Source: a virus. Taken from it: a stretch of DNA of 64,000 nt. The stretch spans positions 32,001 to 96,000 of the IMG/VR virus record IMGVR_UViG_3300037042_006682. One strand, written 5' to 3'. The notes beneath the pieces are model-generated. The model was not told the DNA's origin. It searched no databases and worked only from the letters and a program-made list of their open reading frames with translations. Below, one piece after another: positions 9,129-21,151 of this stretch. The position numbers and the translations under genes are program-made. The stretch's first letter is position 1, and every line of letters starts with the position of its first letter.

Positions 9129-10244
9129 TCAAGGGCATTCAAACAATAAGGTCTGCCACGCCAACACCACGCACGCGGGCACCTGGCCATTGCCCAGGGC
9201 GCGAATGCGCGCCGGGCGCTTGTCACATTTGACGATCACGCGCGGCACCTGCGCCGCACCAGCGGCCTCGGCCGGGTCGGCCGCCCATTGGGTCCCCGTA
9301 ACGTGAGCCTCGCGCCATGCCGCCAGTGCGGGCGCGGCCAGCGGGCCCGGCGCAGTCCAACCCGGCACCCAGCCCATCAACCACTCAACCCAGGCGGGGT
9401 TCAGGGCTCCGCCCACCGATTGAGGGTATGCTCTAGCGATTTCCTCCTCTAAGTCTCCGTGTCCTCCATTCGCCTGCCTAGCGTGCGCAGAAGAAGCTAC
9501 ATTTCCGGGGTATAATCTAGCCTCCAGTTGCTGCACCTCTGTCCGCAGGTTGTGACCGCCCTCGCGGCCGCTATGCCCCGGCCCACCCCGACCATCGGCC
9601 CGCGTAGGCGTCGGGAACATCTGAAAGTGCTTATTGGCGTTGCCCCGCACGGCCTGGATCGGGTCGCCCCGGCCCCCGCGCTCTCCATCGGTGGCGCGGA
9701 TCGTCGGGAACCGCCGCACGACCGTCGCCAGCCCGTCCCCGCTCGTGGGGGAGAGGCCCGCCCGGTTATCATTCCCGCAGACCGTGATCGTGGGCCACAG
9801 CCCCACCGCCGCCATGCCGTCCAGGGAGTTGATCCCACCCCACTTCTTGACGTTTCCCCCGCCATTACAGTGCTTCTGGCCCGCCGTGTCCATCGCGCAC
9901 GGCGTCGGATACGTCGCTTCCAACGATCCAGATCCGCTCGCGGCGATGGGGCGCCCCGGCGTCGAGCGCGCCCAGCACGCCCCAGCACGCATCGTACCCC
10001 AGCGCGGCCAGATCTCCGAGTACGACATCAAGCCCCCGCCCAGTAAGCATTGGGCTGTTTTCCACGAGCACGTGACGGGGTCGTACCTCGCGAAGGATGC
10101 GAGCGAACTCCCGCCAGAGGCCAGATCGGGCTCCAGCGAGACCGCGCCCCGTCCCCGCGGAACTAATGTCCTGGCAGGGAAAGCCGCCCGAAACGACGTC
10201 AACAACGCCCCGCCACGGGCGTCCGTCGAAGGAACGAACATCAT
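9129..10244 (-). CDS. C5 DNA methyltransferase, second polypeptide (TRD repeats, motifs IX and X); start uncertain
   Basis: Repeated (W/F/Y)PT units, LNPAWVEWLMGW (IX), RIRALGNGQVP (X); overlaps the first polypeptide in the +1 frame. Confidence 0.7.
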   Translation of the reverse strand: MMFVPSTDARGGALLTSFRAAFPARTLVPRGRGAVSLEPDLASGGSSLASFARYDPVTCSWKTAQCLLGGGLMSYSEIWPRWGTMRAGACWARSTPGRPIAASGSGSLEATYPTPCAMDTAGQKHCNGGGNVKKWGGINSLDGMAAVGLWPTITVCGNDNRAGLSPTSGDGLATVVRRFPTIRATDGERGGRGDPIQAVRGNANKHFQMFPTPTRADGRGGPGHSGREGGHNLRTEVQQLEARLYPGNVASSAHARQANGGHGDLEEEIARAYPQSVGGALNPAWVEWLMGWVPGWTAPGPLAAPALAAWREAHVTGTQWAADPAEAAGAAQVPRVIVKCDKRPARIRALGNGQVPACVVLAWQTLLFECP

Positions 10245-10434
10245 CCCAAATAGGGAACGGTGGCAGGTGCCCATCATTCTGTCGCTCGCAAAGTCGTCGG
10301 ACGCAAAAGGCGTCCAGCTCCACGGCGCAGACGGTCCGCCAGCCAAGGAGGGATCCCCCGAGGATGCCTCCACCAGCGCCGGCAAAGAGGGCAAGTTCAC
10401 GTAAGCCGTCAACAGCGCATTTGATAGATGCCAT
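9865..10434 (-). CDS. C5 DNA methyltransferase, catalytic polypeptide (motifs I-VIII)
   Basis: LFAGAGG (I), GGFPCQDIS (IV), VENS (VI), HRRERIWIVG (VIII), then a stop. Confidence 0.88.
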   Translation of the reverse strand: MASIKCAVDGLRELALFAGAGGGILGGSLLGWRTVCAVELDAFCVRRLCERQNDGHLPPFPIWDDVRSFDGRPWRGVVDVVSGGFPCQDISSAGTGRGLAGARSGLWREFARILREVRPRHVLVENSPMLTGRGLDVVLGDLAALGYDACWGVLGALDAGAPHRRERIWIVGSDVSDAVRDGHGGPEAL

Positions 10435-10440
10435 GACACT

Positions 10441-11427
10441 TTATGGCTCCTTGCACGCCTTGGCGATGTCCCGCGCGAAGCACGCCGCGCGCTGCGGGCA
10501 CCACTTGGCCTTCCGATCCCCCTTGTAGCGGCACCCCGGCACGCAGCGCGCGGGCCACGGAGGCTTGGGGCCTGCGCATCCCGCCGCCCACCAGGCCTCC
10601 TGCGCGGCCAGCGCGGTCCGCACGTCCGCCACCGTCGCATGCACCTCGGCCACCGCCTCGGGGTCCGGGCGCACGAGGTGCTCCGCAAGGGCCCCCACCG
10701 CCGCGTCGGCCTCCTTGCGGATGTAAATGAGGCGCCCACGCGCGAGCCCCGCCCAGTGCATGTACATCCGCACCTGCAGCGTGTGCTCGCGGAACGGCGC
10801 CCCGCCCACGGCCGGGTCGATCATGGCGAAGGAGCGCGGGCTCACCGTCTTCAGCTCCACGACCTCTAAGGCCCCGTCCGCCCACCGCAAGATCCCATCG
10901 CAGTGCCCCGTGAGGTTGTGGGCGCAGTCCTGGAAGGCCAGCTCCACGTAGCGCCACCCCGCGCCAGAGGGGCAGGGGATCCATCCGTGGGCCAGGGCGG
11001 GTACCGGGGCCCTAGCGCCCACCACCCGCTCGACCGCACGGAACGCGGGCCCCCCCTTGATGATGGCCACATCCCGCTCCCACCACCCCAACAGGGTGAC
11101 CCCCGGCAGCAGGGGCAGCAGCTCCTCCTGCCACGCGCGGTGGTAGGCCGTGCCCACCGCCGTCGCCCACACGTCCTTGGCGTCGTCCTCGCGGACCACC
11201 ATGGGGGGCTCATCGGGCAGCAACACGGCGTGCGCCCGCCGCGCCCCCTCGGCCGCGATCACGGCCCCGCGCGGGCAGAGCCGCCCCAGGCCGCTCGCGC
11301 GGAAGGGCCCGTCGCTCGTGGGGATGGGGTGCCGCTCGCGCCGCACGACCCCCGCGAGGGCGCGCTGCACGGCGTCATCGGGGATCGTGGGACGGGCCCA
11401 CGCGTGGTCCGTAAAAGTCGCGAGCAT
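10441..11427 (-). CDS. Cas4-like PD-(D/E)xK exonuclease
   Basis: N-terminal CPR, GTAYH, GHCDGI, ELKT, QVRMY and a C-terminal Cys cluster. Confidence 0.78.
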   Translation of the reverse strand: MLATFTDHAWARPTIPDDAVQRALAGVVRRERHPIPTSDGPFRASGLGRLCPRGAVIAAEGARRAHAVLLPDEPPMVVREDDAKDVWATAVGTAYHRAWQEELLPLLPGVTLLGWWERDVAIIKGGPAFRAVERVVGARAPVPALAHGWIPCPSGAGWRYVELAFQDCAHNLTGHCDGILRWADGALEVVELKTVSPRSFAMIDPAVGGAPFREHTLQVRMYMHWAGLARGRLIYIRKEADAAVGALAEHLVRPDPEAVAEVHATVADVRTALAAQEAWWAAGCAGPKPPWPARCVPGCRYKGDRKAKWCPQRAACFARDIAKACKEP

Positions 11428-11436
11428 GGCCCCCGC

Positions 11437-11811
11437 CTATCGCTTGAAGACCTCATCAACACGCATGGTGAGACGGTGGACGGGCGTCATGTCGTTCATG
11501 GGGCCGTACATCTGCTGAAAGTGCACATACCAGGCCCGCGCATGCTCGAACCCCTCCAGGATGGCCTTGCGGTCGTCCTGACGGCGCTCCCCGAGGCCGG
11601 TCTTGTCCACGGTGGTGATGGTGGCGCGGGCCACGGGGACATCAGGACCGAGATCGACGCCCGGCAGGGGGCTCGCATGGGGGCTCGCCAGCATGACGAC
11701 GGTCCCCGGCGTGTGAGGGCATCCGCTGTCTTTATCGTAGAGACGGGAGATCGCAGTGGCTTCGCCGGCAAGGATCTTGCCGGTCTCGTAGCGGTCGAGG
11801 GTCACGGGCAT
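11437..11811 (-). CDS. ASCH/PUA-like domain protein
   Basis: ILAGEATAISR...AILEGF...FQQMY pattern. Confidence 0.55.
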   Translation of the reverse strand: MPVTLDRYETGKILAGEATAISRLYDKDSGCPHTPGTVVMLASPHASPLPGVDLGPDVPVARATITTVDKTGLGERRQDDRKAILEGFEHARAWYVHFQQMYGPMNDMTPVHRLTMRVDEVFKR

Positions 11812-11915
11812 CGGGGACTCCTACGGGGGGGAGGACACTGAGAGGCGACGCGGTCCAGGGATCCCCCCCGTGGGGCCGCGGCCCACCCAGAGCGCGACAT
11901 GCGCGGGGCCCCAGC

Positions 11916-11946
11916 ACCGTACCGCGCAGGCCACAGATTTGTCAAC
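11916..11946 (-). promoter_or_regulatory. sigma70-like promoter (GTTGACAAAT, -10 TACGGT)
   Basis: TTGACA-18 bp-TACGGT, intergenic. Confidence 0.6.
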
Positions 11947-13976
11947 CGCTTAAACGGGGGGCGCGAGGGCAACGCGCAGATCGGCGAGCGCGCCCTCCCC
12001 AGCCGCCTCGTGCATATCCAAGCCGATCCCCACGGCATCCCGCAGCAGCAAGGGGTGGATGCGGAGGCCCCCGGGCACCGCGGTGACGAGCGTGCCACGC
12101 CCCTCGTAGGTCACAAGGGCGGCGACGTGCCCCTCAAAGGGGCCATGCCACAACACGGTGGCCCCGACAGCCTCCAGGAGGGACACGAGCGTGGAGGCGT
12201 GCGGGGCACACCCCGTGAGATCTTGGATATGCGGGATGGACATGGCAATCCTCCTAGGCTACTCGCCGCGTGGGGCGAGGGTCGTATTGACCTCAGTATA
12301 CCAACACGCACAGACGCGCTGCCCGCTGGGGGTCCGCCCCACCGGGGCACTCCCCGTCAGGGCGGGATACGTCCGCGCACAGGCGACCTGGCATTGCTCC
12401 ATGCCCAGCGTGGGGGGCCGCACCCCGCAGGCCCCTGCCCCCACCAACAGGCCCCCCGCCAGCAGGAGCCCCCAGCGCTCACCCATGCGGCACCCCGCCC
12501 TCAACAAGAACCGCGAGGGCCCCCTCTGCCGCCATGAGGGCCCGCGCCCAGCGCCCCGCCTCGGGGTTCACGATGAGCCCATTGTCGCACACCGGGCAGA
12601 TCGGCTCGCAGAGCCGGCACTGAGGTTCGTGCACCTGCGGCGGCCCCTCCGGACACTCCATGCACCCCACGCACCCATGCGAGGCATCCCGCAAGGGGCC
12701 CGTGTAGCCACACTCCGCACAGGTGCCCGGCTCCACGGTCTGCCCATCAGGCTCCTCGCCGCGCAGATGGCGGATCACCTCGCACAGCGCGCACTCCACG
12801 ATCGCTAGGCGGTTCATCGCGTCATTCATCTGTCCCTCAGCGCCGCGTCCCGTCGTGCGGCTCGATGATCGCCTGGACCCGCGCCTGGAGCTGCCGCTCC
12901 TCGGCCGGGGTCCACCCGCTGGCCCGCGCGACCGGCGTCGGGGGGGGCGCCTTGCGTACGCGCGTACGCAGCTTCGCGTCGCAGGCCTGCTCCTGGTGCA
13001 GGCGCCGCGTCAGCTCCGCCGCGACCCCCATGGCCTCGTGGCTCACCACCACGAGGAGGGTCGCCAGCAGCACGACGAGGCCGCTCATCACCGCGATCCA
13101 GATGCTCCGCACGTACACGCTCGTGTTCATGGCCGGGGCACCCCCTCGATCGTGGCGTAAAAGGCCGCCACGCCGCGGTGCGCCGTGCAGGCGAGCCCCC
13201 ACCCCGGTATCTGCACCACCTTGTCGTCGCCCACCTGCGGGGCGTCCGTGGTATCTCCTAGCCGCACCACGCGCCCGCAGATCCGGCAGGCCCCCACCCG
13301 CATCGCGGGGTCCGCGGGCCGCGGCGCGTAGGCCTGGTCCTCCCAGAAGGTCGCCCCGCAGGGGCATCGGTAGGCCAGCGTGGTGTTCCCGTTGGCCAGC
13401 AGGGACTGCCCCACGTCCGCCGGGATCGCCCAGCGCCCCGTGTCGGGATCCCGCACGGGGATCCCGCAGACGCTGCAGGTGCAGGGCTCCGTCATGGCGC
13501 CGGGGGCATCCAGGAGCCCGTCTCCAGGCGCGCCCCGAGGTAGCGCGCCACCGCGTCCAGGGGGCTGCTCACGATCCCCGCGACCTGGGGGCAGACCCCC
13601 GAGGGCTCGAACTTGGTGCCCCGCCACGCCGCCGTGAGGTCGTCGAGGCCCCACGCCCCGAGCTGCAGGAGCGTGCTCGCCTGCCGGCAGATCACCTCCA
13701 GCTGCGCCCGCGCATCGTCCACAATCTGCGTCGCCAGCTCGTCCGCCACGGGGTCCGCGTAGCCCTCCACATTTGCCCCCCGGCTAATGGTGATGGTGAT
13801 GTAGATCGGCCGATCCTCCGCAAACGCCATCTGCGCGTAGAGGTCATGCGCGCCGATCGTTAGCTTCGCGGTGCGCCCCACCGCCCCTCGCGCAAGACAC
13901 GCCTCACCCTGCGCCCAGACATCGCGATGTGGATACGCTTCCATGCGGGCAATACTACCACGGATCGCCACCCAAC

Positions 13977-15098
13977 TCACGCTTCACAACGCCCCAAAAG
14001 AATCGCCAAGTACTCATCTGCAATCGCACGATCACTATTCTTCTCCGGCTCAGGCAGCTCTGCATAGGGGGTCTTGGCCTGGCGGTACCACTGCGCGATG
14101 GCCTCGTGCCCCCACGCGAGCCCCGCCCCGCCCTCAGCATCGGTCGTCAGCGCGATGAGCCCCGCGTGCTCCCCCTGCCACGCCATCCAGCGCGCCCACA
14201 CCATGTGGACGTGATCCGCGAGGGCCTCCCGCCGCTCGCGCATGCGCATACGCAGCGCCGCGTCCGCATCGGTCAGGATCCCGATGGCCCACCCCACGTC
14301 CGCCCGCAGGAGGGACTCCAGGACCCGCCGCGCCCACTCCGCCAGCGTGGATGGGGGCACATGTAGCCCCGCCTCGCCGGTCAACAGGCACAGCGCATCG
14401 AACACGGCGAAGGCCGCGGTCTCCTGCGCATCGGCCCGCAGCGCCTCGGCCGGCGGGGCACCCGCCGTCAGCTGGGCCCGCTCCGCCTCGCGCTCCTGCC
14501 GCTGCTTCGTCAGCAGGAAGTCGTGCATGGCCATCATGGCGTTGGCGAACCAGCCCCGCATGAGGTCAAGGTCCGCCGTGGGATAGTGCGCGCAGTAGAG
14601 GCGCGCCCAGGCGTCCGCATCCGGGTTGCAGTGGATGCTGTGGTCGTAGTCGGCCACATCGACCGCGTCCTCGGGCTGGCCCTCGGCGGGCTGGTCGGGC
14701 GTGTCGTCACAATACGGCGCCACGGGGCCCAGGCACCGCGCGGCCAGCCCCTGCGTCACGCGCACCCCGTGCCCGCCCTCGTCGGTCCAGAGGCCCCCGC
14801 TGCCGTCCCGCACCACGCGGCGCACCACGCGCTTCTCGGCGCCATCCGCGCCGTCCTCCTCGAACCAGAAGTACCCCTCCACGCCCGGCTGCACGCCCTC
14901 GAACGTGGCCAGCAGGGCCCGGTCCACGGCCGCCCCGATCGCATCACTCAGCGCATCGTCGTGGTAACTCCGCGAGCCATCTGGGTGCGTCGTCCACCCC
15001 TCCACGGGACCCAGGGCGTCAATCGTCCGGTCCAGGGCCGCCAATCCCTCCGCTGGGGCCGACGTCCCCCCGCTATGCTTTGCCTCCTCACGCATCAA
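13977..15098 (-). CDS. Mosaic hypothetical protein with a C-terminal RyR-like domain
   Basis: LADHVHMVWARWM...TPYAELPEPEKNSDRAIA. Confidence 0.55.
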   Translation of the reverse strand: MMREEAKHSGGTSAPAEGLAALDRTIDALGPVEGWTTHPDGSRSYHDDALSDAIGAAVDRALLATFEGVQPGVEGYFWFEEDGADGAEKRVVRRVVRDGSGGLWTDEGGHGVRVTQGLAARCLGPVAPYCDDTPDQPAEGQPEDAVDVADYDHSIHCNPDADAWARLYCAHYPTADLDLMRGWFANAMMAMHDFLLTKQRQEREAERAQLTAGAPPAEALRADAQETAAFAVFDALCLLTGEAGLHVPPSTLAEWARRVLESLLRADVGWAIGILTDADAALRMRMRERREALADHVHMVWARWMAWQGEHAGLIALTTDAEGGAGLAWGHEAIAQWYRQAKTPYAELPEPEKNSDRAIADEYLAILLGRCEA

Positions 15099-15500
15099 GA
15101 TCCTCCTGATACGTCTCGTACCACTCTAGCATGTCCGCCGATGGCCAGGACATGGACGCATCACTGGGCAGGACAACCGATCCGCGGGCATCGCTGCAGA
15201 TCTGCTTGGCCATCGCCGCCGCCTGCTCGTTCGCCGCGTCCTCGTCGAGCGCCTCAACCCGGAACTCCAGGTCCACCGTCGCCGTCGCGCGTACCTTAAA
15301 CTTCGCCATGATCCGCTCCTTCTGTGGCGTCCTCGCCACGTAGCACTCGCAGTCCGCCGCGCCAGGGTCCGAGGCCCGCTGAAAACGGGCATACCCAGCG
15401 TGCTTCTCAAACGCCAAAAATGGCGCTGTTGCCCGGCACTCGCCATGGTTGGCATCCCCAGGGAGACACCGCCGCCAGTGCCCACACGTCCCGCACGTCC

Positions 15501-16127
15501 TCATCGCGTCACCCCATGCCACGCTACCGCGATGGCGTCGTAGATCACCTTCCGCTGGGCATCGGTGAAGGCCCACCGCACCCCCACGTTTGCGTCCGCC
15601 CACTCCACCGGAGACCCTCCACGCTCCTCGCTCACCGCGCACCAGTCCGCGACCATCTCGTACAGGTAGAGGTCGAGCATCCGCGTCGCATCCACGATCT
15701 TGGCGGGCGGCGCATCTCGGTCCTGCGGGTTGATGCACGCCGCGCGGATCCGCACGTCGGGATCCCAGTGCTCGGGGTGGTGCGGGTTCACCCGCACGTG
15801 CAGCTCCGTCGCTGCCCGCATCCGCCCCTCCATTCCCGGAGGCGGATCGAAGGGCACCCCGAGGTCCCGGCAGCGGTACTGCCACGTCACCCAGATATAG
15901 GGCTCGCGCTCGGGCTCGCGCAGCTTGCTCTGGTCGTGCACCTCCATCCGGCATATCAGCTGCCCCGCCATTGTGTCGGAAAGCGCATCCGCCAGCCGCC
16001 GGCAATACTTCTGCACGAGGTCGATGTGCCGGTAGGTGCGCCGCTCGAAGTGCGCCACCATCTCGTCCACCCGCTGCTGCCACGCCAGCGTCGGCACGTT
16101 CACGCCCTTCACGTCAATCGGCATCAC
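15501..16127 (-). CDS. DUF5662-like HD-fold protein
   Basis: HDQSKL, HVRVNPHHPEHW, EMVADWCA. Confidence 0.7.
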   Translation of the reverse strand: MMPIDVKGVNVPTLAWQQRVDEMVAHFERRTYRHIDLVQKYCRRLADALSDTMAGQLICRMEVHDQSKLREPEREPYIWVTWQYRCRDLGVPFDPPPGMEGRMRAATELHVRVNPHHPEHWDPDVRIRAACINPQDRDAPPAKIVDATRMLDLYLYEMVADWCAVSEERGGSPVEWADANVGVRWAFTDAQRKVIYDAIAVAWHGVTR

Positions 16128-16719
16128 GCTTCTCCTCCGCGTAGGCCAGGGCCTGCGCCAGCGCCCGTCGCCGCACGTAGCGGAAGTCCGGCTGTTGGTA
16201 TCCTTTGTCGTGCGTCCTCAAGACCACGAACCCGTAGCAGCGCAGGTTCATAAAGATCGCGCCGTCCCAGCCCGCCATGGGCTCGCAGCAGGCGTTGCGC
16301 ACCGCCACCCGCACATACCACGCGATCTCCTGCTCAGACACCGCCGCCGTGGCCTCCCCCACCGCGTCCAGGGCCTCCCGCAGGCGATCCGCCGACGCCT
16401 CGCCGTCCGCATAGGCCCGCACCACCCGCAGGGCCTCGGCGCAGGCGGGGTGGGCGTCCTGTGCGCTCTCCCGCGTCCACTGCGCGAGGTCGGCCGCCAG
16501 ATGGCGCCGCCGCCGCTCATCCAACACGTGCTCCACGAGCAGCCACGTGAGGTCGCGGATATCCACGTCGGGGTCCTTCGCGAGGGCCGCCACCTCGGCG
16601 GGGGCCAACTCCGCGCGCCCCGCCCAGAACTTGGCCACCCGCTTGGGGGTCCATACCCCGCTGGGCTTGCGGGCCAGCACCATTGCCTCCGTGAGGCCCG
16701 TCGGGCGCTCCGCGCTCAT
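16114..16719 (-). CDS. Hypothetical protein with an Imm5-like helical domain
   Basis: RHLAADLA...AEALRVVRAYADGEAS. Confidence 0.4.
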   Translation of the reverse strand: MSAERPTGLTEAMVLARKPSGVWTPKRVAKFWAGRAELAPAEVAALAKDPDVDIRDLTWLLVEHVLDERRRRHLAADLAQWTRESAQDAHPACAEALRVVRAYADGEASADRLREALDAVGEATAAVSEQEIAWYVRVAVRNACCEPMAGWDGAIFMNLRCYGFVVLRTHDKGYQQPDFRYVRRRALAQALAYAEEKRDAD

Positions 16720-19700
16720 CGAGGCTCCCCCTCCTGCTGCTGCCCCTCCCAGCGAAACGTCGGCTCGCGCACGGCCCACTCGTGATCCGCCGGGCATCGC
16801 CCCACGAGGCGCTCCGAGAGGCCAACCTCCGGCACCATGAACCCTTGGTGCCGCACCGCATCCACGCGCCGCCCGCACCACGGGCACACGGCCATCCGCA
16901 GGGCCTCCTCGACATCCGCCGCCTTCTGCGCCCCGATCGCACTCAAGGTCGCGCTAATCTGCCCGATAATCCCGATCATACCGTTCTCCTAAACTGACCC
17001 ATACAAGGACAAGCATGGCCTCACCCCCACCATCTTGCCAAAACACACGCCCGAGCACGCGGGATGCACCCCGCTCCAGTGCGCCTCAATCTCGGGCACC
17101 TGCCGCCCGCACTGCTCGCAGACCACGCACTCCCCCAACGGCACGTAGTCCCCGTGCCCCTGCGTGGGGAACTGCGCCGCGGTCGGGTCATCGACCGTCC
17201 CGTCCGGGCGCACGCACCACCAGTGAGGTTGTTTGCCCCACGCCGCATCGTGGTAGTACCCCCGCACGAGACGCAAGGAGGGGTCCGCCTGGCAGCGCGC
17301 CTCGGCCAGCGCCTGGCAGCGCCCGCGCAACGTGCGATCAATCATCCCCGTCATCGGTCCTTCATCTCCAGCATCCTCTTCGTATCCGCTGCTATCACCG
17401 CCCGCGCCCGATCCCGTTCCGCATACGCCGTCCGCAGGATCGCGACCAACGCCGTGATCTTCTCGGCCAAGGTATCACCCGCCGGTCCCCTGGGGACCAT
17501 CTCGCCCACGGCCTCCAACGCCCGATACGCCGCGTCGATGCGCGCCCGCAAGGCCCCCGCCTCCCGCTGCCACTTATCCACCTTGGCGGCCAAGCGCGGG
17601 ATCCCCTGCACGATGTGGCTCCGCCCCACGTCGCAAGGGCAGTGCACACGCGCAACCTCGCAGGCTTCCGTCCACAGCCGTTCGGTGTCCGCTAGCCGCT
17701 CCCGCAGGGACTCCGCCTCGCATTGAGCGGCATCGTAGTGCCGCTTGGCGATTAGCTCCTCGCCAGGATCTAAGAGCACCAAATGGTCGGCATAACCCGT
17801 GTCTATCACTTCACACGAAACGCGCCCAAAGTCCCCACTGGGACCTGTATCCGGATCATGGGTACACACCTCATGCTTCCAGGTGTCCTTGCCCACACTT
17901 TGTTGAAGCGCGTCCACCTCCCGCTTACACCGATCCAACGCCATCTCCAGATCCCGCCGCTGTCCCAGCAGCGACGCGGCAAAGGTCTCCAACCGCTCCG
18001 ACAGGGTCTCCAGGTCCCCCATCTCCCCGCCGTACCCGAGCGCCCGGAACGCCTCGCACACGGCGTGGACGATGCCCTTGTAGGCATGGGCCTTCGCCCA
18101 CCAGTAGTCGACCGAGTTGCCCTTGTAGATCATCGACCGCGCGAGCGGTTCCATCTGCGCCTCGACCGCCTCCAACTCCTCGCGCGCCGCGTCCCGCTCG
18201 GCGGTCAACCGCGCCACCACCGTCCGGTGCAATAACTGGGGGACCGTGGGCGCCGGGGGATCGAGCGGCCGGGCCACCGGCAAATCCGCCGCATGCAGGT
18301 GGTGCCCGCAGTCGAAGCACACTTCTTGCGAGATGTTCACATGCCCCGACCCGCAGATCGGACACGTCACCCAGGCACTTGTGCTCATTGCGTGGCCTCC
18401 TCCTCCAGCAGCGCCACCACCCACCCGAACAGGGCGAGCTGCTCGTCGAGGTCCGCCTCGCCGTACCAGTCGGCCAGCACCTCGGAGTGCGCCCGCAGGG
18501 CCGCCTCAAACCCCACCAGCGCCGCGTAGTGCCCCTGCTCGGCCTCGTGCGCCTGGATCCAGCGGTCAATCACCGTCGACATCGCGCGCCTCCTTGGGAT
18601 CCAGGCCGTACCGCCCCAGGATCTCCCGGCGCAGGGCCCGCGCCTCCCGGATCTGCCGGTTGACCTCGACCAGGACCGCCCAGTCCGCCGCCTCTGCGCG
18701 GGGTGGATCCTCCACCTCATCTGGTGGGCAGATGCAGTAGGAGTCCCGGCGCGCCCCCTCGGGCCACCGATCCCGGCATTGGGGGCACTGGCGCTCGTAG
18801 GGCCACCCGATCGCGCAGAAACACCCGGAAACGTGCTTGTGGCAATACGCCCCCGCCTCGACCTGCCGCTCGTCAATCTCTACGCTCATGGCTCCTCCTC
18901 CGCGAACAGCAGGTCATAGCCGATGGCCGACATGCTCAGGCCCACTAGCGTCGCCAGGTCGCGTCGGCGGTTCTGCCGATGCCGCTCCGTGCGCCGCACC
19001 GACTCCCGCTGCTCCGGGGTGAGACCCTCCCACCAGGCCGCCCGCTCGATCGCGTTGCGCTCCCGCAGCGCCTCCTGCTGCGCCCGCAGGGCAGCATCCC
19101 GCTCGAACGCCTGCGCCCGCCGCTGCCCGAGGTCGCCCCGTCGCCGTGCCTCGCCCATCAAAGGTCCTCCTCAAACAGCAGCAACCCGCGCGCCGGGATG
19201 CGATCATCAAACCCACGCTCGTACTCGTACACGCACATCTCGTGGATGTACTCAACGCCGTCCGTGTGACGAATCGCAATCATGGTCTTGTCCTTAATCT
19301 TGGCCCCGCACCCCGGAGCGCTGCACCGCTGCGTGGGCGGCATCCCATTAGGCACGACCCACGCCGGGTAGGTCTGCAACCCTGGCGTGTTGTTCTCAAA
19401 CTGGTTCATGGGATCGCATAAAGACGCTTGTTCACGCTTGCTGCTCATCTATTGCGCCCCCTTATCGCGCGCTAGCCCCTCACCCACGTGGGCGGGGCAG
19501 TAATCCCACAATCTCTCCCCACCATCGATCACCACCCAGATTCCATCCCTTGCGGGCCAACCACGATCACCTATGTGCCGAGCCCTCTGCTTCTCGCATC
19601 CTGGATAATCGCACCCCACCTTGACGAGGACACACTCTTCAGACCCCTCTCGCACCGCGTAATGGCGCGTCATGGCCGCACCACCCCCATGTCATGCGCC

Positions 19701-21111
19701 GCCAGCCTATGGCGTGCGTACTCCGTCACATCCTCGCAGAGCGGATCGCCCGGATCCTCCCCCTCGGGAAGCCAGAAGTAGCAGTCGCTCTCGGGATGCA
19801 GCCACAGCCTGTATTCCATCGTCAGCGGCTCACTCAAAGTCAAAGTCCCAGGTTCCCTGCGCATCCTCCGTGATGTTGCATAGGCCCTTCCCCAGCCGCA
19901 GGGCCTCGGCCTGCTCCGCCAGTTGCCCCGCCGTGAGGGCCGCCCATCGTAAAGACGGGGCACTCTGGGATCCCCGCAAGCTCCACATGCTCCGCGCTCC
20001 CCGGCTGGATCAGCCGCTGCTTGATGTCGTACTCCCACAGACAGCCATGCCCCGTCGCCGCATCGAAGTTCCAGCGGTCCCAACGGTCATAGTTGCCCGT
20101 CGTGTAGATCTGCCCCTTGCGCCGACTCGTCATGCGGCGCTCACAGAGCGCGGCGGGCTCATGGTCGAAGATGACCACCGCGTCCCCCGACCGGAGCCCC
20201 GCGAGCCACGCCTGGTATTGCGCGTCCCTCATGACGCCACCCTCCGCTCGCTCCCCCGCGGGGATCCGGGGCACCCCCATCTGGCAGAGCACGCACCGCT
20301 CCTCCCCCGCATGCTCCCCCGCGACGAGGGGCCGCGCCGCAACAACGCGGTGCAGGTAGAAGCCGTCAATCTCCGTGGGCTCGCTCATGCGCGCTCCCGC
20401 TTCTCCATCTCCACGATGGCCGTATCGCGCCGCACCCGCAGGGCCTCCTGCAGGGCCCGCTGGCACCCTGGGCAGATGGCCGCGAGGGACTCCGCCGTCC
20501 ACGCGCCCTCCGTGAGCCCCACCGTCGTGTGCATGAAGCCGTGGGCCGTGCCGTGGAGCCACGACACGCAGACCGCCGTCAGCGGGGTCATCCCCGTGGC
20601 GAGGCGCGGGAGCTGGAAGACCGCCCGCTCGCGCCGCTCATAGCCCCCCTCCGCGGAGAACTGCTCCCCGCACACGTCGCACAGGTAGGTCGTCGCCAGG
20701 GGGGTGCTCATGACGCCACCCGGATGCGCGCGGGGCGCCCGTCCACGACATCCCGCAGGGGGTGCAGGGGGCTCACGTCCACGAGCTTCACGAGGTGGCC
20801 CGTGCTCCCCCGCATGTCCATGTAGGTCCCCGCGTCCAGGTTGATGTAGGCGCGGGAGAACTCGTTAAACAGCACGCCCACGGTGCCATCCTGCTCGATC
20901 TTCAAGGTGCGCAGCCCGCGCTCCTGCCCGTTGCCCTCCGTGACCCAGATCGCGAAGGTATGCTCCGCGCGCAAGGCCAGGGCCGCCCCGCGCAGCCGCT
21001 CGATGACCATCCGTAGATCCGCCCACGATGCCGTCATCTGTTGTGCCATGTCGTCCTCCGGGCGCAGCGCCCACCGGCCGGGGGCGCGCCATGCGCACCG
21101 GGCCTCCTGGA

Positions 21112-21142
21112 AACATGCGCACGATCGCCCAGGTTTGTCAAC
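21112..21142 (-). promoter_or_regulatory. sigma70-like promoter (GTTGACAAAC, weak -10 CATGTT)
   Basis: Conserved extended -35 box, intergenic. Confidence 0.5.
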
Positions 21143-21151
21143 ACAAAAGCA

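Larger units (their letters stand above)
11950..21049 (-). other. Tightly packed cluster of about 25 small hypothetical phage genes, many Cys-rich or membrane-anchored
   Basis: Chain of minus-strand ORFs with ATGA overlaps and GGAGG SDs, e.g. 11950-12243, 12479-12829, 12837-13130, 13127-13495, 13492-13980, 16989-17354, 17351-18388, 20385-20711, 20708-21049. Confidence 0.7.

Noticed and set aside
10441-11427. Cas4-like gene as part of a CRISPR-Cas system
   Set aside because: No repeat-spacer array or other cas genes in the window; solo Cas4-like nucleases are common in phages
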